NCBI GenBank assembly: GCA_035253825.1
Contig: DATFBM010000034.1
Span: 24,839-88,838, forward strand
Origin: Acidimicrobiia bacterium
GTDB taxonomy: Bacteria; Actinomycetota; Acidimicrobiia; Spongiisociales; ZC4RG35
Length of the DNA stretch: 64,000 nucleotides
Direction: 5' to 3'
In this document: positions 44,345 through 54,276 of the stretch, in pieces
How positions within the stretch are numbered: position 1 is the stretch's first letter
How the letters are laid out: each line of letters begins with the position of its first letter
Notes under the pieces: generated by a model
Told to the model about the DNA's origin: nothing
What the model saw: the letters and a program-made list of their open reading frames with translations, nothing else
Database searches by the model: none
Translations under genes and position numbers: made by a program

Positions 44345-45319
44345 TCAGGTCAGGGGAAAAGGCGATTGCACCCACCACGGTGTCATCGAGGGCCGGATCG
44401 CCACCACCCATTTCACCCACCAGAACCCCCGCCGCTCGGGGGCGACGATGCGAGCCGGAAAGCCATGTCCGATCGACAACGGCTCTCCTCCCACCGCCAC
44501 CGCCAGCCACAAGCGATCGAGGTCGCGACCCGGATACCGCCGGGCGTACCCCGTGGCCGAGACCACCTCGATACTCCGCCAGGCCTCGGATCCGACCAGG
44601 CGATCGAGACGCACCCCTCTCCATATCTGAGTCGAGTGCCAACCCCCGGTGCAGTCGATAGTCGCCTCAAAGTCGTCGTCGGACATCGCCGCCAGGTCGT
44701 CGAGGGTGAGTTCCCTATCCCCGATCTCAACCCGCCAGGTGCTCGCCGCCAGCGCCGGAGCGACATCGTTGATCCAGGACGTGACCGGGAAGCCCGAAGG
44801 ATCGAAGGAACCGACTTCATGCGATCCAGTGAAACGCCGGGGGGCAGCGGCCAGTCCCTCCCAACCCCACCAGAGAGCCGACGCCACCCCGCCGGTGGCG
44901 GCCAATCGGAGGAAGCCACGCCGGTTGAGATCAAGAGATCGCGGGCGCTGCGGATGTCGGAGGTAATGACCGAAGCCGAGGATCAAGGCCACCACCGCCG
45001 ACCCGACGTGGATCTGCATCATGGTCATCCCGGCCAGGGTCCGCGCCCAGTCAACCGTGTGAGCCAGGCCGCTCGTGATTGCGAGTAAGACCACCACCAG
45101 AAACAAGAGGGACCAGACTTGCCCAGGTCGGGACCGAGCGAGGCCACGCTTGACGACCACCGACTTCCAAGGCGCCAGCACCAGGAGAGCCAATGCGGTC
45201 ACGCCGTGGATGATCGAAGGATCAATCAGCCAGTCGGTCCCGATCGAAAAGCTCCAGAACCCACTGGCCAGCGCTGCCAGGAGGAGAGCGGCCAGAGCGA
45301 GGTTGGTGCGCCGCCCCAT
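44345..45319 (-). CDS. Molybdopterin-dependent oxidoreductase (sulfite-oxidase/MsrP-like catalytic domain) with an N-terminal 4-TM domain.
   Basis: Hydrophobic N-terminus, then a TIDCTGGWHSTQIWRGV...GHGFPARIVAP...KWVVAI Moco-binding core. Confidence 0.7.
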   Translation of the reverse strand: MGRRTNLALAALLLAALASGFWSFSIGTDWLIDPSIIHGVTALALLVLAPWKSVVVKRGLARSRPGQVWSLLFLVVVLLAITSGLAHTVDWARTLAGMTMMQIHVGSAVVALILGFGHYLRHPQRPRSLDLNRRGFLRLAATGGVASALWWGWEGLAAAPRRFTGSHEVGSFDPSGFPVTSWINDVAPALAASTWRVEIGDRELTLDDLAAMSDDDFEATIDCTGGWHSTQIWRGVRLDRLVGSEAWRSIEVVSATGYARRYPGRDLDRLWLAVAVGGEPLSIGHGFPARIVAPERRGFWWVKWVVAIRPSMTPWWVQSPFPLT

Positions 45320-45338
45320 TCAATAACCTCCGGCCGGA

Positions 45339-45821
45339 ATGGATACGCCCGGACTGATCGCAGTCGGACTCGCCATCGCGGTTGGTCTGGTTGGGATCGT
45401 CGTCGCCGCCTTACCGGGGCTGATTCTGGTCTGGGGAGCGGTGCTGGTGTGGGCCCTGGTCGAGAAGACCACGCTCGCCTGGATAGTTCTGGCGGTAGCC
45501 ACTGCGCTATTGATTTTCGGCCAGGTAGGAAAGTACATGGTCCCCGGAAAACGGTTGCGCGAGGCTGGAGTTCCCCGACGATCACTGGTCATCGGTGGGC
45601 TTCTCTCCATCGCCGGCTTCTTTCTGATCCCGGTCGTCGGGTTCATCATCGGATTCGTCCTCGGTGTCTATGCCTCCGAGCGCCAGCGACTCGGGACCCA
45701 CGAGCAAGCTTGGCCCTCGACCCGCAAGGCTCTGTCCGCCGCCGGGCTTTCGATCGTGATCGAGCTGGCGGCCGGTCTTCTCATCGCCGGCAGTTGGTTG
45801 GCCGCGGTCTTGTTCGGCTAG
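45339..45821 (+). CDS. DUF456-like small membrane protein.
   Basis: Four predicted TM helices; 160 aa. Confidence 0.55.
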   Translation: MDTPGLIAVGLAIAVGLVGIVVAALPGLILVWGAVLVWALVEKTTLAWIVLAVATALLIFGQVGKYMVPGKRLREAGVPRRSLVIGGLLSIAGFFLIPVVGFIIGFVLGVYASERQRLGTHEQAWPSTRKALSAAGLSIVIELAAGLLIAGSWLAAVLFG

Positions 45822-46717
45822 CGCGACTTGAGGTCCTCGAGCTCCTCGAGGCTGGCGGGCCAGTCATCTTTCAATAGGCGCGAGAGGGACCGGTCGGCCA
45901 GGAGCTTGCCGCCGGTCTGACAGGTGGGGCAATAGTTGGTCTCGTTGTCGGCGTAGACGATCCGCTGCACCTTCGTCCCACATCGCGGACAGGGCTCACC
46001 GAACTTGCCGTGGACGGCCATCTCTGGTCGAAACGCCGTCACCTTGGTCGGCCAGCCATCTCCCACCTGGTCCCGCAGCACATCGGTCCAATGGTTGAGT
46101 TGATCGATAGTCGCCTCTCGCAATCGGGCGATCTGTTCTGTTGAAAGCTGGCGGGTTCGAACCACCGGGGAAAGCTTGGCCGCCCAAAGGATCTCGTCCG
46201 AGAAGGAATTGCCGATACCGGAAAAGATTCGGGGATCGGTCAGAGCCCGTTTCAAGGTCCGGTTCTCCTTCGTCAAGGCTTGACCGAATTCGTCCGGCGA
46301 TGACTGAAGAGGTTCGACCCCTCCTCGGTTCTCTGCCAGCAAAGTGTCTTCTCCCCTCAGCACCCAGATCCCGGCACGTCGCTTGGTTCCTTGCTCGGTG
46401 AGAATGAGAGTCCCCGTATCGAACTCAAATGAGGCGAGGCCGACCTTCTTCGGAATCGCGGCCTTCCCCTCTTTCCATTGCAGACGTCCCGCAATCATGA
46501 GGTGGATGACCACGAAGAGGCGCTCGTCGAGTTCGAAGACGATTCGCTTTCCAATTCGCCGCAATCCTCGAACCGTCTTTCCCTCAACCGCATTGAAGGG
46601 GGGGTCGTAGGTGCGCAGTACCGCCGGAGATGCCAGGCGCAATCGCTCGAGGGTGTGGCCAACAGTCCTTCGTTGCAACGCCTCGAGATACACGACGATA
46701 TCGGGCAGCTCCGGCAC
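45818..46717 (-). CDS. Fpg/Nei family DNA glycosylase/AP lyase.
   Basis: N-terminal MPELPD (catalytic Pro2/Glu3), H2TH region and a C-terminal CPRCG...CPTC zinc finger. Confidence 0.85.
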   Translation of the reverse strand: MPELPDIVVYLEALQRRTVGHTLERLRLASPAVLRTYDPPFNAVEGKTVRGLRRIGKRIVFELDERLFVVIHLMIAGRLQWKEGKAAIPKKVGLASFEFDTGTLILTEQGTKRRAGIWVLRGEDTLLAENRGGVEPLQSSPDEFGQALTKENRTLKRALTDPRIFSGIGNSFSDEILWAAKLSPVVRTRQLSTEQIARLREATIDQLNHWTDVLRDQVGDGWPTKVTAFRPEMAVHGKFGEPCPRCGTKVQRIVYADNETNYCPTCQTGGKLLADRSLSRLLKDDWPASLEELEDLKSR

Positions 46718-46748
46718 GGGGCCAAGCTAACCACTACCTTCGGCCGCC

Positions 46749-47756
46749 ATGCCGACCCTGTCCCGCCAGTGGGTGCTGGCAAGAACCCCCGAAGGCATTC
46801 CCCAGCCGGGCGACTTCGCCATGCAGGAAGTGCGTTTGCCGACGGTGGGTGAGGAAGAGGTGATCGTCGCCAACCGCTTCCTCTCCGTCGACGTGGGTGT
46901 GCGCGACCGTCTCGCCCGTGATAGCTACGGAACCCGCACCCAGGTGGGCGAGGTGATCGATGGATTCGCAGTGGGAGAGGTGATCGAGTCGAGTCACTCC
47001 CGCCTGGGGGTTGGTGACCGGGTGGCGGCGGGCACTGGCTGGCGCACTCACTACCTCTCTGACGGCAAAGGGTTGTTGCGCCTCGACCCCGAAATCTTTT
47101 CTCCCCCGATCCCCGACTCCACAGCCATCGGCGTTCTCGGGGTCTCCGGCCTCACCGCTTACTTCGGCCTGCTCAGCGTGGCACGGATCTGGCCGGGGCA
47201 GACCGTGCTGGTCTCGTCGGCGGCAGGAACGGTGGGCGGCACCGCTGGTCAGATTGCTCGTATCAATGGCTGTCGAGTGGTGGGGATCGCCGGTGGGCCC
47301 GATCGCTGTCGCTACGTCACCGGAAAGCTGGGGTTCGACGACTGCCTGGATCGCCACGACCCCGAGCTCGCCAGCGCTGTAGGCCGCGCCTGCCCGGAGG
47401 GAGTCGACGTGTATTTCGACAATGTCGGCGGCGAGCTTTTGGATTTGGCTTTGATGACCATGAATCGCGGCGGACGAGTGGCGGTGGCCGGTCAGGTTTC
47501 CGAGTACAACCTCGAAAACCCGCGAGGGATTCGCCATGTACGGGAGCTCATTGAACGCCGGATCCGACTCGAGGGGTTCGTGGTTTGGGATTTCCTCTCC
47601 GACTTCCGCTCGGCGATGTCGGAAATGGCAGGTTGGATAAGAGAGGGCAGACTTCTCTATACGGAAACGTTCAGTAACGGTTTTGAGTCTGCGCCCGTGG
47701 CCTTTTCAGAACTGTTTACACGTGCGGGATTGGGGCGGTCGCTGATTCGGCTCTAA
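46749..47756 (+). CDS. NADP-dependent oxidoreductase of the MDR superfamily (alkenal/one reductase type).
   Basis: Rossmann motif AAGTVGGTAGQIA and the zinc-free MDR architecture. Confidence 0.8.
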   Translation: MPTLSRQWVLARTPEGIPQPGDFAMQEVRLPTVGEEEVIVANRFLSVDVGVRDRLARDSYGTRTQVGEVIDGFAVGEVIESSHSRLGVGDRVAAGTGWRTHYLSDGKGLLRLDPEIFSPPIPDSTAIGVLGVSGLTAYFGLLSVARIWPGQTVLVSSAAGTVGGTAGQIARINGCRVVGIAGGPDRCRYVTGKLGFDDCLDRHDPELASAVGRACPEGVDVYFDNVGGELLDLALMTMNRGGRVAVAGQVSEYNLENPRGIRHVRELIERRIRLEGFVVWDFLSDFRSAMSEMAGWIREGRLLYTETFSNGFESAPVAFSELFTRAGLGRSLIRL

Positions 47757-48912
47757 TCGCCTCCTCCAGCTTTATCCACCGTCGCTCGGTGAAATGGAAC
47801 ATTGCTACACCCACCAAGAGGGCCAGCGCAACGCCGGAAAAGCTCGTTCCGTAACCGAACTGCTCGATCATCCAGCCAATTAGCGGTGAAGCGCCGAATA
47901 ACGAGATGTCGAATAGCGCTGTAAAGATCGCCATCGTGGTCCCCCGCTCTTCGAGGCTCGCTCGACTGGTAGCGAGAGTCACCACGACAGGGAATGAGAT
48001 CCCGTGCCCAAGGCCGGTCAGCAAGCCACCGGAAATCAGACCGAAGCTACTTCCAGCCAAGCCGACTGTCGCCAGGCCTGCGGCATAAAGAACGAGTCCT
48101 GGAGCAACCATCCGAGCAGGACCGATCCGATCGGGTATCCAAGCAAAACCGAGCCTCCAGGTAATAGCGGCGATGGAGTAAGCGGCAAAGAATGACCCCA
48201 CGCTCCCCACTCCGGTTGCTGTCACGTAGGTAGTTACGAAAACGAAGGCCGCAGTAAACCCCAAGGCCAGGATGAGGGTCACAAGCCACATCGGACGGAA
48301 TGAAGGTCGACGGAGCAGTCCGAAGAAATGAGTTGCTGGAGAGTTGGCGACACTTTCCTCAAGCAAGAGGCTGATGACAAAAGCGACCAGCGCACACGCC
48401 GTAGCGACTATGAAAATCCCCTGATACCCGAACCTCGTAGCCAGGATCTGATCCCCCAATACAGGACCGATTCCAATCGGCGCTAGACCGGAAATACCGA
48501 ATAGAGCGATTCCCTGCGCACGATTGGCCGCAGGGAGTCGGTCGGCTATATAAGCCCAAAAAGCCGTGTAGGTCATAGCCTGGCCAAGCCCTTGCAGGAT
48601 CCGCGCTCCCACAACTGCTGGGCCAATCCCGTCGACGAAAGCGTAAGCAAAGGTCGAGGCGGCGATGACGAGCGTGCCGTCGCGGATCATCCGTCGCCTG
48701 CCTTTGCGATCGATTAGCCGGCCGATCCAAGGTCGAACGACAATCGAGGCAGCGCCCGAGACACCCACAATGGTGCCGATTCGCAGCTCGGTGGCTCCCA
48801 TGCTTTGGAGAAAGCCCGGGAAGTGCACGAGCAAGCTGTTCGTCAGCTCCGCGGCCAGTGAGGCCAGGAAGACGAGCGCGAACCACTTGGTGAGGAGGGA
48901 TCGGCGGACCAC
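47716..48912 (-). CDS. MFS transporter.
   Basis: Twelve predicted TM helices and a GRLIDRKGRR loop motif. Confidence 0.8.
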   Translation of the reverse strand: MVRRSLLTKWFALVFLASLAAELTNSLLVHFPGFLQSMGATELRIGTIVGVSGAASIVVRPWIGRLIDRKGRRRMIRDGTLVIAASTFAYAFVDGIGPAVVGARILQGLGQAMTYTAFWAYIADRLPAANRAQGIALFGISGLAPIGIGPVLGDQILATRFGYQGIFIVATACALVAFVISLLLEESVANSPATHFFGLLRRPSFRPMWLVTLILALGFTAAFVFVTTYVTATGVGSVGSFFAAYSIAAITWRLGFAWIPDRIGPARMVAPGLVLYAAGLATVGLAGSSFGLISGGLLTGLGHGISFPVVVTLATSRASLEERGTTMAIFTALFDISLFGASPLIGWMIEQFGYGTSFSGVALALLVGVAMFHFTERRWIKLEEAIRAESATAPIPHV

Positions 48913-48933
48913 CGCCGAAGATTCTAAGAAGGG

Positions 48934-49836
48934 CTAGTGGCCGAAAAAGCGCGGCTCCCGCTTCTCGGCAATCGCCGACAGCGCCTCTCGGTGATCCTCG
49001 GTCATGAATGTCACGAGTTCGTGGCCGGTGGCGTAGTCGAACGCCGTTTGCAAAGCATGTTTCACCAGTTGATTGACGGCGACCTTGGTGTATTGGATCG
49101 CCAGGGGAGCCCCGGCCGCCAGGCGGGTGGCCATGGCCATCGCCTCGGTCATGAGCTCGGAAGCGGGAACCACGCGGTTGACCAGACCGATCCGCTCAGC
49201 TTCATGGGCAGAAACCGGATCTCCCGTCAGGAGGTATTGCTTTGCTCGAGCCGGCCCGACGAGCAGTGGCCAAATTGCAGTACCGCCGTCACCGGCCACG
49301 ATCCCTACCCGGACATGGGGATCTGCCACATGGGCACCTTCCGCGATGAAAATCACGTCTCCTAACAATGCGATCGTGGCCCCGAGACCAACTGCCGGCC
49401 CGTTGATCGCCACCACCAGAGGCAGTTCGAGATCGACCAGATCCCAGATCATTTGCTTGGCATCCCGACGCAATTCCGCCAGGCGCTCGGGGCTTTGAAG
49501 AGTCGGGAACCACGAAAAGTCGCCTCCGGCACAAAACGCCTTCCCATGTCCGGTGAGGAGCACCGCTCGGGCTTCACGCTCCCGGCGAAGGAGATGGAAT
49601 AGATTCGTCAGCTCGCGGTGCAGGCGGTCATCGACCGCGTTGAGTTGGTTGTCGGGTCGATCGATGGTCGCTACCAGGACTTGATCAGCCCTTTCGATCC
49701 GTATCGATTTGAACCCGAACTCTTCGGCCCTCACCTTCTTACGATACGAGGGTGACAGCTGCCTTGACCGCGCCCCGGGTCTTGTTGTCACACTTGATCG
49801 ATTACGCCGGCATGTACCCACCTGAGTCGCTCTCAC
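48934..49836 (-). CDS. Enoyl-CoA hydratase/isomerase family protein.
   Basis: Crotonase-fold motifs (GHGKAFCAGGD). The N-terminal 35 aa are possibly over-called. Confidence 0.8.
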   Translation of the reverse strand: MRATQVGTCRRNRSSVTTRPGARSRQLSPSYRKKVRAEEFGFKSIRIERADQVLVATIDRPDNQLNAVDDRLHRELTNLFHLLRREREARAVLLTGHGKAFCAGGDFSWFPTLQSPERLAELRRDAKQMIWDLVDLELPLVVAINGPAVGLGATIALLGDVIFIAEGAHVADPHVRVGIVAGDGGTAIWPLLVGPARAKQYLLTGDPVSAHEAERIGLVNRVVPASELMTEAMAMATRLAAGAPLAIQYTKVAVNQLVKHALQTAFDYATGHELVTFMTEDHREALSAIAEKREPRFFGH

Positions 49837-50582
49837 TCGACGACGCCCTCATGACCTACCGCCGCCACCAAAGAGGCCGACATGAATGGATGCTCGCTGT
49901 GTTCCTCTGCCCGAGCTCAAAGCTTCACGATCTCGAATGGCTCCTTGGAGAGGAGCGGTTGCCGGTCGGGGTGGTTCTCGACCAGCCGGCCGATGAAGCG
50001 ATCTCGGCGATCGAAGCTTCGGCCCTTACGATTCGACAGATCGAGACCACCGATCTAGACGTCGAGGGACATTTCGATGAGATCGATCAGGCCTTGACGA
50101 TCTGGCTCGAAGTGCCGCCAGAGCGCGCCGCGAAGGTCGCGGCCCGCAATCCCGGTCGTCGAATTGGAGTGAAAGTCCGCTGCGGAGGCGCAACCCCGGA
50201 GTCATTTCCACCCCCTGCTGCACTGGCGGAGGTCCTAGTCGATGCATTTCGGGGAGGCCTACCGATCAAGGCGACTGCCGGACTTCACCATCCCTGGCGG
50301 CACATATGGGCTGATTTGGGGGTTTGGCGCCATGGCTTTTTGAACCTGCTGGCCGCCTCGGCCGCGCTGGTTACCTCCGCTGATCCAAAAGCAGTCGAGA
50401 GTTTGTTGGCGTCAGAGAAGGCCGGGGACCTGCGCCGCGACCACCTCTGTCTGGGAGGGCATAGGTTCTCGGTGAGCGAACTCAAGTCGGCGCGGGTCTT
50501 CTTTCGTTCCTATGGAAGCTGCTCATTCGATGAGCCGGTCGACGACTTGGTCATGATGGGAAGCCTGCAGGCAACGGCTTGA
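49752..50582 (+). CDS. Hypothetical protein translationally coupled (ATGA) to the FAH gene.
   Basis: 276-aa ORF with no recognisable family; the start is probably downstream of 49752 because of overlap with the divergent gene. Confidence 0.5.
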   Translation: MTAALTAPRVLLSHLIDYAGMYPPESLSLDDALMTYRRHQRGRHEWMLAVFLCPSSKLHDLEWLLGEERLPVGVVLDQPADEAISAIEASALTIRQIETTDLDVEGHFDEIDQALTIWLEVPPERAAKVAARNPGRRIGVKVRCGGATPESFPPPAALAEVLVDAFRGGLPIKATAGLHHPWRHIWADLGVWRHGFLNLLAASAALVTSADPKAVESLLASEKAGDLRRDHLCLGGHRFSVSELKSARVFFRSYGSCSFDEPVDDLVMMGSLQATA

Positions 50583-51607
50583 TTGCCTTCGGGGTGTTCA
50601 CAACCGAGGGCGCTGGCCCCCGGGTAGGGGTCCGAAGCGGGGGCCATGTATTCGAGGCTGCCGGCGTGTCGACCCTTCTTGAGTCCGCCTCGCTATTGCC
50701 GCTGTTGGGTGCGGGCCGTACTGCTTGGGAAGAGGTCATCAGAGACGTTGGCCGGGCGCTTCCTGATCTTGCACCCATTCCGATTTCCGAGGTGTCGATG
50801 CACCTTCCTTGTCGAATCGGCGACTACGTCGACTTTTATTCGTCTCTCAGTCATGCCCAGAACGTGGGCCGAATCTTTCGCCCGAACTCCGAGCCCCTCA
50901 CTCCCAATTGGCGATACCTCCCAATTGGATATCACGGTCGGAGCGGAACGATCAAGGTCGACGGAACTCCGATCCCCCGACCGCATGGACAGCGGGCCCA
51001 GGGTGATTTCGGTCTCTCGCAGCGTCTCGACTTCGAGCTCGAGATGGGCTTCATCACCGGAGACGGTCCAGGAGAGATTCCGGTTGCCGAGGCCGAGGAT
51101 TACATCTTCGGGTTGGTGCTAGTCAACGACTGGTCCGCGCGGGATATCCAGGCCTGGGAATACCAGCCCCTAGGTCCCTTTCTGGGAAAGTCTTTCGCGA
51201 CCACGATCTCGCCTTGGGTAGTACCGCTTTCCGAGCTCGCATCCAGGAGGATCGAAGCCCCTGTCCAGGATCCGCCGCCGCTTCCCTATCTGACACCTCC
51301 TGGCTCCAGCATCGATCTCGATCTCGAGGTCAGGCTCAACGGTCGAGTGATCTCGCGTTCAAACCTGCGGCACCTTTACTGGACGATGAGCCAGCAGCTA
51401 GCTCATGCCACCTCCAACGGAGCCACCCTCAGAGCCGGCGACCTTTTCGCCTCCGGCACCATCAGTGGACCGACCCACGACAGCCTCGGTTGCTTGCTGG
51501 AGATCACAGAGGGACAAGGTCCGTTTCTTCACGATGGCGACACGGTTTCGTTCACTGCTGGCGACGCAGCCTTCGGAACTTGCTCGGGGACGATCCAACC
51601 GCGCTAG
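50579..51607 (+). CDS. Fumarylacetoacetate hydrolase family protein (fumarylacetoacetase-like).
   Basis: VNDWSARDIQ...GKSFATTISPWVVP is characteristic of the FAH catalytic domain. Confidence 0.8.
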   Translation: MIAFGVFTTEGAGPRVGVRSGGHVFEAAGVSTLLESASLLPLLGAGRTAWEEVIRDVGRALPDLAPIPISEVSMHLPCRIGDYVDFYSSLSHAQNVGRIFRPNSEPLTPNWRYLPIGYHGRSGTIKVDGTPIPRPHGQRAQGDFGLSQRLDFELEMGFITGDGPGEIPVAEAEDYIFGLVLVNDWSARDIQAWEYQPLGPFLGKSFATTISPWVVPLSELASRRIEAPVQDPPPLPYLTPPGSSIDLDLEVRLNGRVISRSNLRHLYWTMSQQLAHATSNGATLRAGDLFASGTISGPTHDSLGCLLEITEGQGPFLHDGDTVSFTAGDAAFGTCSGTIQPR

Positions 51608-51731
51608 GCCCTCGCTGATGTTCCCCCGGGGTGAGCATTCAAGATCGCGAAAACCTTCCTTAGCCATACCCCTGGATTCTGTCCCCGGCCTCTGTCATAG
51701 TGAGCCGAACACCGGTTCGACAGGAGAGGGA

Positions 51732-52573
51732 ATGAGTTCGCTACGGTCGGGAATCGAGGAATGGGCAGTCGAGGGAATCGACTCTCCCTCCGACCAGGAA
51801 CTCTCCGACCAGATCATCGAGCTGGACTGGGCCATCTCACAACTGGAGTGCCAGCAGGCCCGACGGCTGGCGGTCTTCGGAAAGCGCCAGGCCTGGAAGT
51901 CGGAAGGCCACGTCTCCGCCACCGCCTTCCTCTCCGCTCGAACAGCCCCGGCAACGGCGTTATCTCCACCTCTCGGCCAGCCCCGAGGGGATGGGGAGGA
52001 TCGAGGGGTTGCTCGACCCGGAGGGCTTCGAGCTGGTGCGGATCGCAGTCGAGGGAGCCTGTCCCGTACCCACCCCCCGACGACCACCGCAACCCTGGCC
52101 AGAGAAGGGCCGATGCCATAGTCGATCTCTGCCGGGAGGCGATGGACTCGGGGAGGCTGGCCGAGTCCGGGGGCGAGAAACCCCATCTCATCGTCCTGAT
52201 CAACTCCGAGCGGATCGGAAATCAACCGGGCGGGACCGGGGAGACCCTCGCGGGGACCGAGCTCCCCCAATCCGACCTGGAGCGGCTGCTCTGTGACTCC
52301 TCGGTCTCCCGGATGATCATGGGTGGTGATTCCGAGCCGATCGACGTGGGGAGGAAGACCCGGCTCATCCCCCCGGCCCTACGGTGGGCGGTGATGGTCA
52401 GGGATCGGCACTGCCGTCACCCCGGTTGTGACCGCCCCTCGCGCTGGTGCGATGTCGATCACATCGTCCCCTGGTGGAAGGGAGGGGAGACGAAGCTCTC
52501 CAACCTGCAGCTGCTCTGTCGTCATCACCACAGCCCTGAAACACCAGCGGCATGGGCCCTAGCTCGGCTGTAG
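51732..52573 (+). pseudogene. Frameshifted DUF222/HNH endonuclease gene (REP13E12-like family).
   Basis: The DUF222-like N-terminus (IELDWAISQLECQQARRLAVF) lies in one frame and the HNH C-terminus (CRHPGCDRP...CDVDHIVPW...LCRHHH) in another, with a frame change around 51950..52120. Confidence 0.55.
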
Positions 52574-53292
52574 ACAAAGCGACGGAGCACAATCGGTCTA
52601 TCAACCTTTGGAGAAACGCCAGATTTCAAGACCGGAGCGAGGCCGGGCGGCTCCTAGCCGAAAGGCTTGGGTACCTGCGTGATCTCAAACCCCTCGTTCT
52701 GGGTCTTCCGCGGGGCGGAGTGCCAGTGGCCGCCGAGATCGCCATCGAACTCAAGGCGCCGCTCGACATCTTGTTGGTTCGGAAGCTGGGAGCTCCTTTT
52801 CAACCCGAGCTGGCGATGGGGGCCATCGGCGAAGACGGCATCAGAGTCCTCGACGACGCCATGGTGGGGCGGTTGCGAATTAGCCAAAGAAGGCTCCACG
52901 CCGTTGAGGTTCGGGAAAGGCAGCGAATCGAAGAGGCGAGCGAACGCTTCCGGCCGTATCGCCCGGGCGGGCTGTCCTGGCAAGGTCGAGCGGCAATTGT
53001 GACTGATGACGGAATCGCCACCGGCTCTACGGTTATCGCCGCGTGCCAAGTCGCTCGTGAACGGCAGGTCGGGCATCTGGTGGTGGCCGCCCCGGTTGCA
53101 ACGCAGGGAGCCGTGGCCCGGCTCGAAGAGGTCGCCGACGAAGTGGTCGTGGTCTCGACCCCGGAGGAATTCATGTCGATCAGCCAGTTCTACGTGGACT
53201 TCGCTCAGGTGACCGACGACGAGGTCGCCCGCCTTCTACAAACTGTCAACAAGTCCCATGAACCGCTCCAGGGTGGCGATCCGCTCGGATGA
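52552..53292 (+). CDS. Phosphoribosyltransferase-fold protein (COG1926-like).
   Basis: PRPP-binding-loop-like AIVTDDGIATGST and N-terminal FQDRSEAGRLLA. Confidence 0.7.
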   Translation: MGPSSAVDKATEHNRSINLWRNARFQDRSEAGRLLAERLGYLRDLKPLVLGLPRGGVPVAAEIAIELKAPLDILLVRKLGAPFQPELAMGAIGEDGIRVLDDAMVGRLRISQRRLHAVEVRERQRIEEASERFRPYRPGGLSWQGRAAIVTDDGIATGSTVIAACQVARERQVGHLVVAAPVATQGAVARLEEVADEVVVVSTPEEFMSISQFYVDFAQVTDDEVARLLQTVNKSHEPLQGGDPLG

Positions 53293-54276
53293 ATTCGCTC
53301 CTCCGGGTGCGACCCGGATCGTCGTGATTCCAGCCCTCTGATAAGCGGCAATCCTTTCGGCGACCATTTCGTCGGTTCCCAACAGATTGGTTCTCAGGAC
53401 GATCTCATCGGGGATGAGCGCCGTCGCTTCGTCCCGCCGACCCTCGATCCAGAGGCTTTGCACTCGCTTGGCCAGCTCTTCGTAGCCAGCTCGCGCGAAG
53501 GCGTCGTTATAGAAGTTGGTCTTGGCCGAGCCCATCGCTCCCAGCGTGAATGCGATCCCGGGACGGCGAGCTTCCACCAGTTGCTCCGGGTCCTCGGCAA
53601 AGGCGACGACTCCACCGGCGTGAAGGTCTAGATCGGCGAGCGAGCGGCCAGCTTGCTCGGCACCGCGGCGGAGGTGAGGCATGAACACCTCGGCGTGTTC
53701 GGGCATGAACGATGTCCCCAGCCAGCCGTCGGCGATCTCTCCGGTGAGGGCGAGGCTTTTGGGTCCCAGCGTTGCGAGATAGATCGGGACCGGCATCACG
53801 GCGCTCAGTCCAAGCCGAAGGGCCTTGCCTGCTCCCCCATCCAGTGGCAGCTGGTAGACATCCCCGCGAAACGTGAGTCGCTCGCCGCTCAAAGTGAGTC
53901 GAACGATCTCGACTATCTCTCGCATCCGAGTCACCGGCTTGTCGAAGCCGATGCCGTGCCAACCCTCCATCACCTGCGGGCCGCTGGTGCCCAATCCGAG
54001 GAGGTAGCGGCCTTCGCTCAACAACTGCAGGGTGGCCGAAGTCATCGCCACCAGGGCCGGGGTGCGGGTTCCGGTTTGGATGATCCCGCTCCCGAGCTTG
54101 ATGCGCTCGGTGCGGGAAGCGAGATACGCGAGGGGTGTGACGGCATCTGACCCCCACGCCTCGGCACTCCACACCGAATCGACGCCGAGCCGATCGGCAT
54201 GCACCACGAAATCGACGATGTCCTTCCAGCGCTCAGGTCGGTCGTAGGGGATGCCGAAACCGACCGCGACTCGCAT
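53236..54276 (-). CDS. LLM-class F420-dependent (luciferase-like) oxidoreductase.
   Basis: Luciferase-like TIM-barrel motifs (SVWSAEAWGSDAVTPLAYLA...LGLGTSGP...). Confidence 0.8.
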   Translation of the reverse strand: MRVAVGFGIPYDRPERWKDIVDFVVHADRLGVDSVWSAEAWGSDAVTPLAYLASRTERIKLGSGIIQTGTRTPALVAMTSATLQLLSEGRYLLGLGTSGPQVMEGWHGIGFDKPVTRMREIVEIVRLTLSGERLTFRGDVYQLPLDGGAGKALRLGLSAVMPVPIYLATLGPKSLALTGEIADGWLGTSFMPEHAEVFMPHLRRGAEQAGRSLADLDLHAGGVVAFAEDPEQLVEARRPGIAFTLGAMGSAKTNFYNDAFARAGYEELAKRVQSLWIEGRRDEATALIPDEIVLRTNLLGTDEMVAERIAAYQRAGITTIRVAPGGANSSERIATLERFMGLVDSL

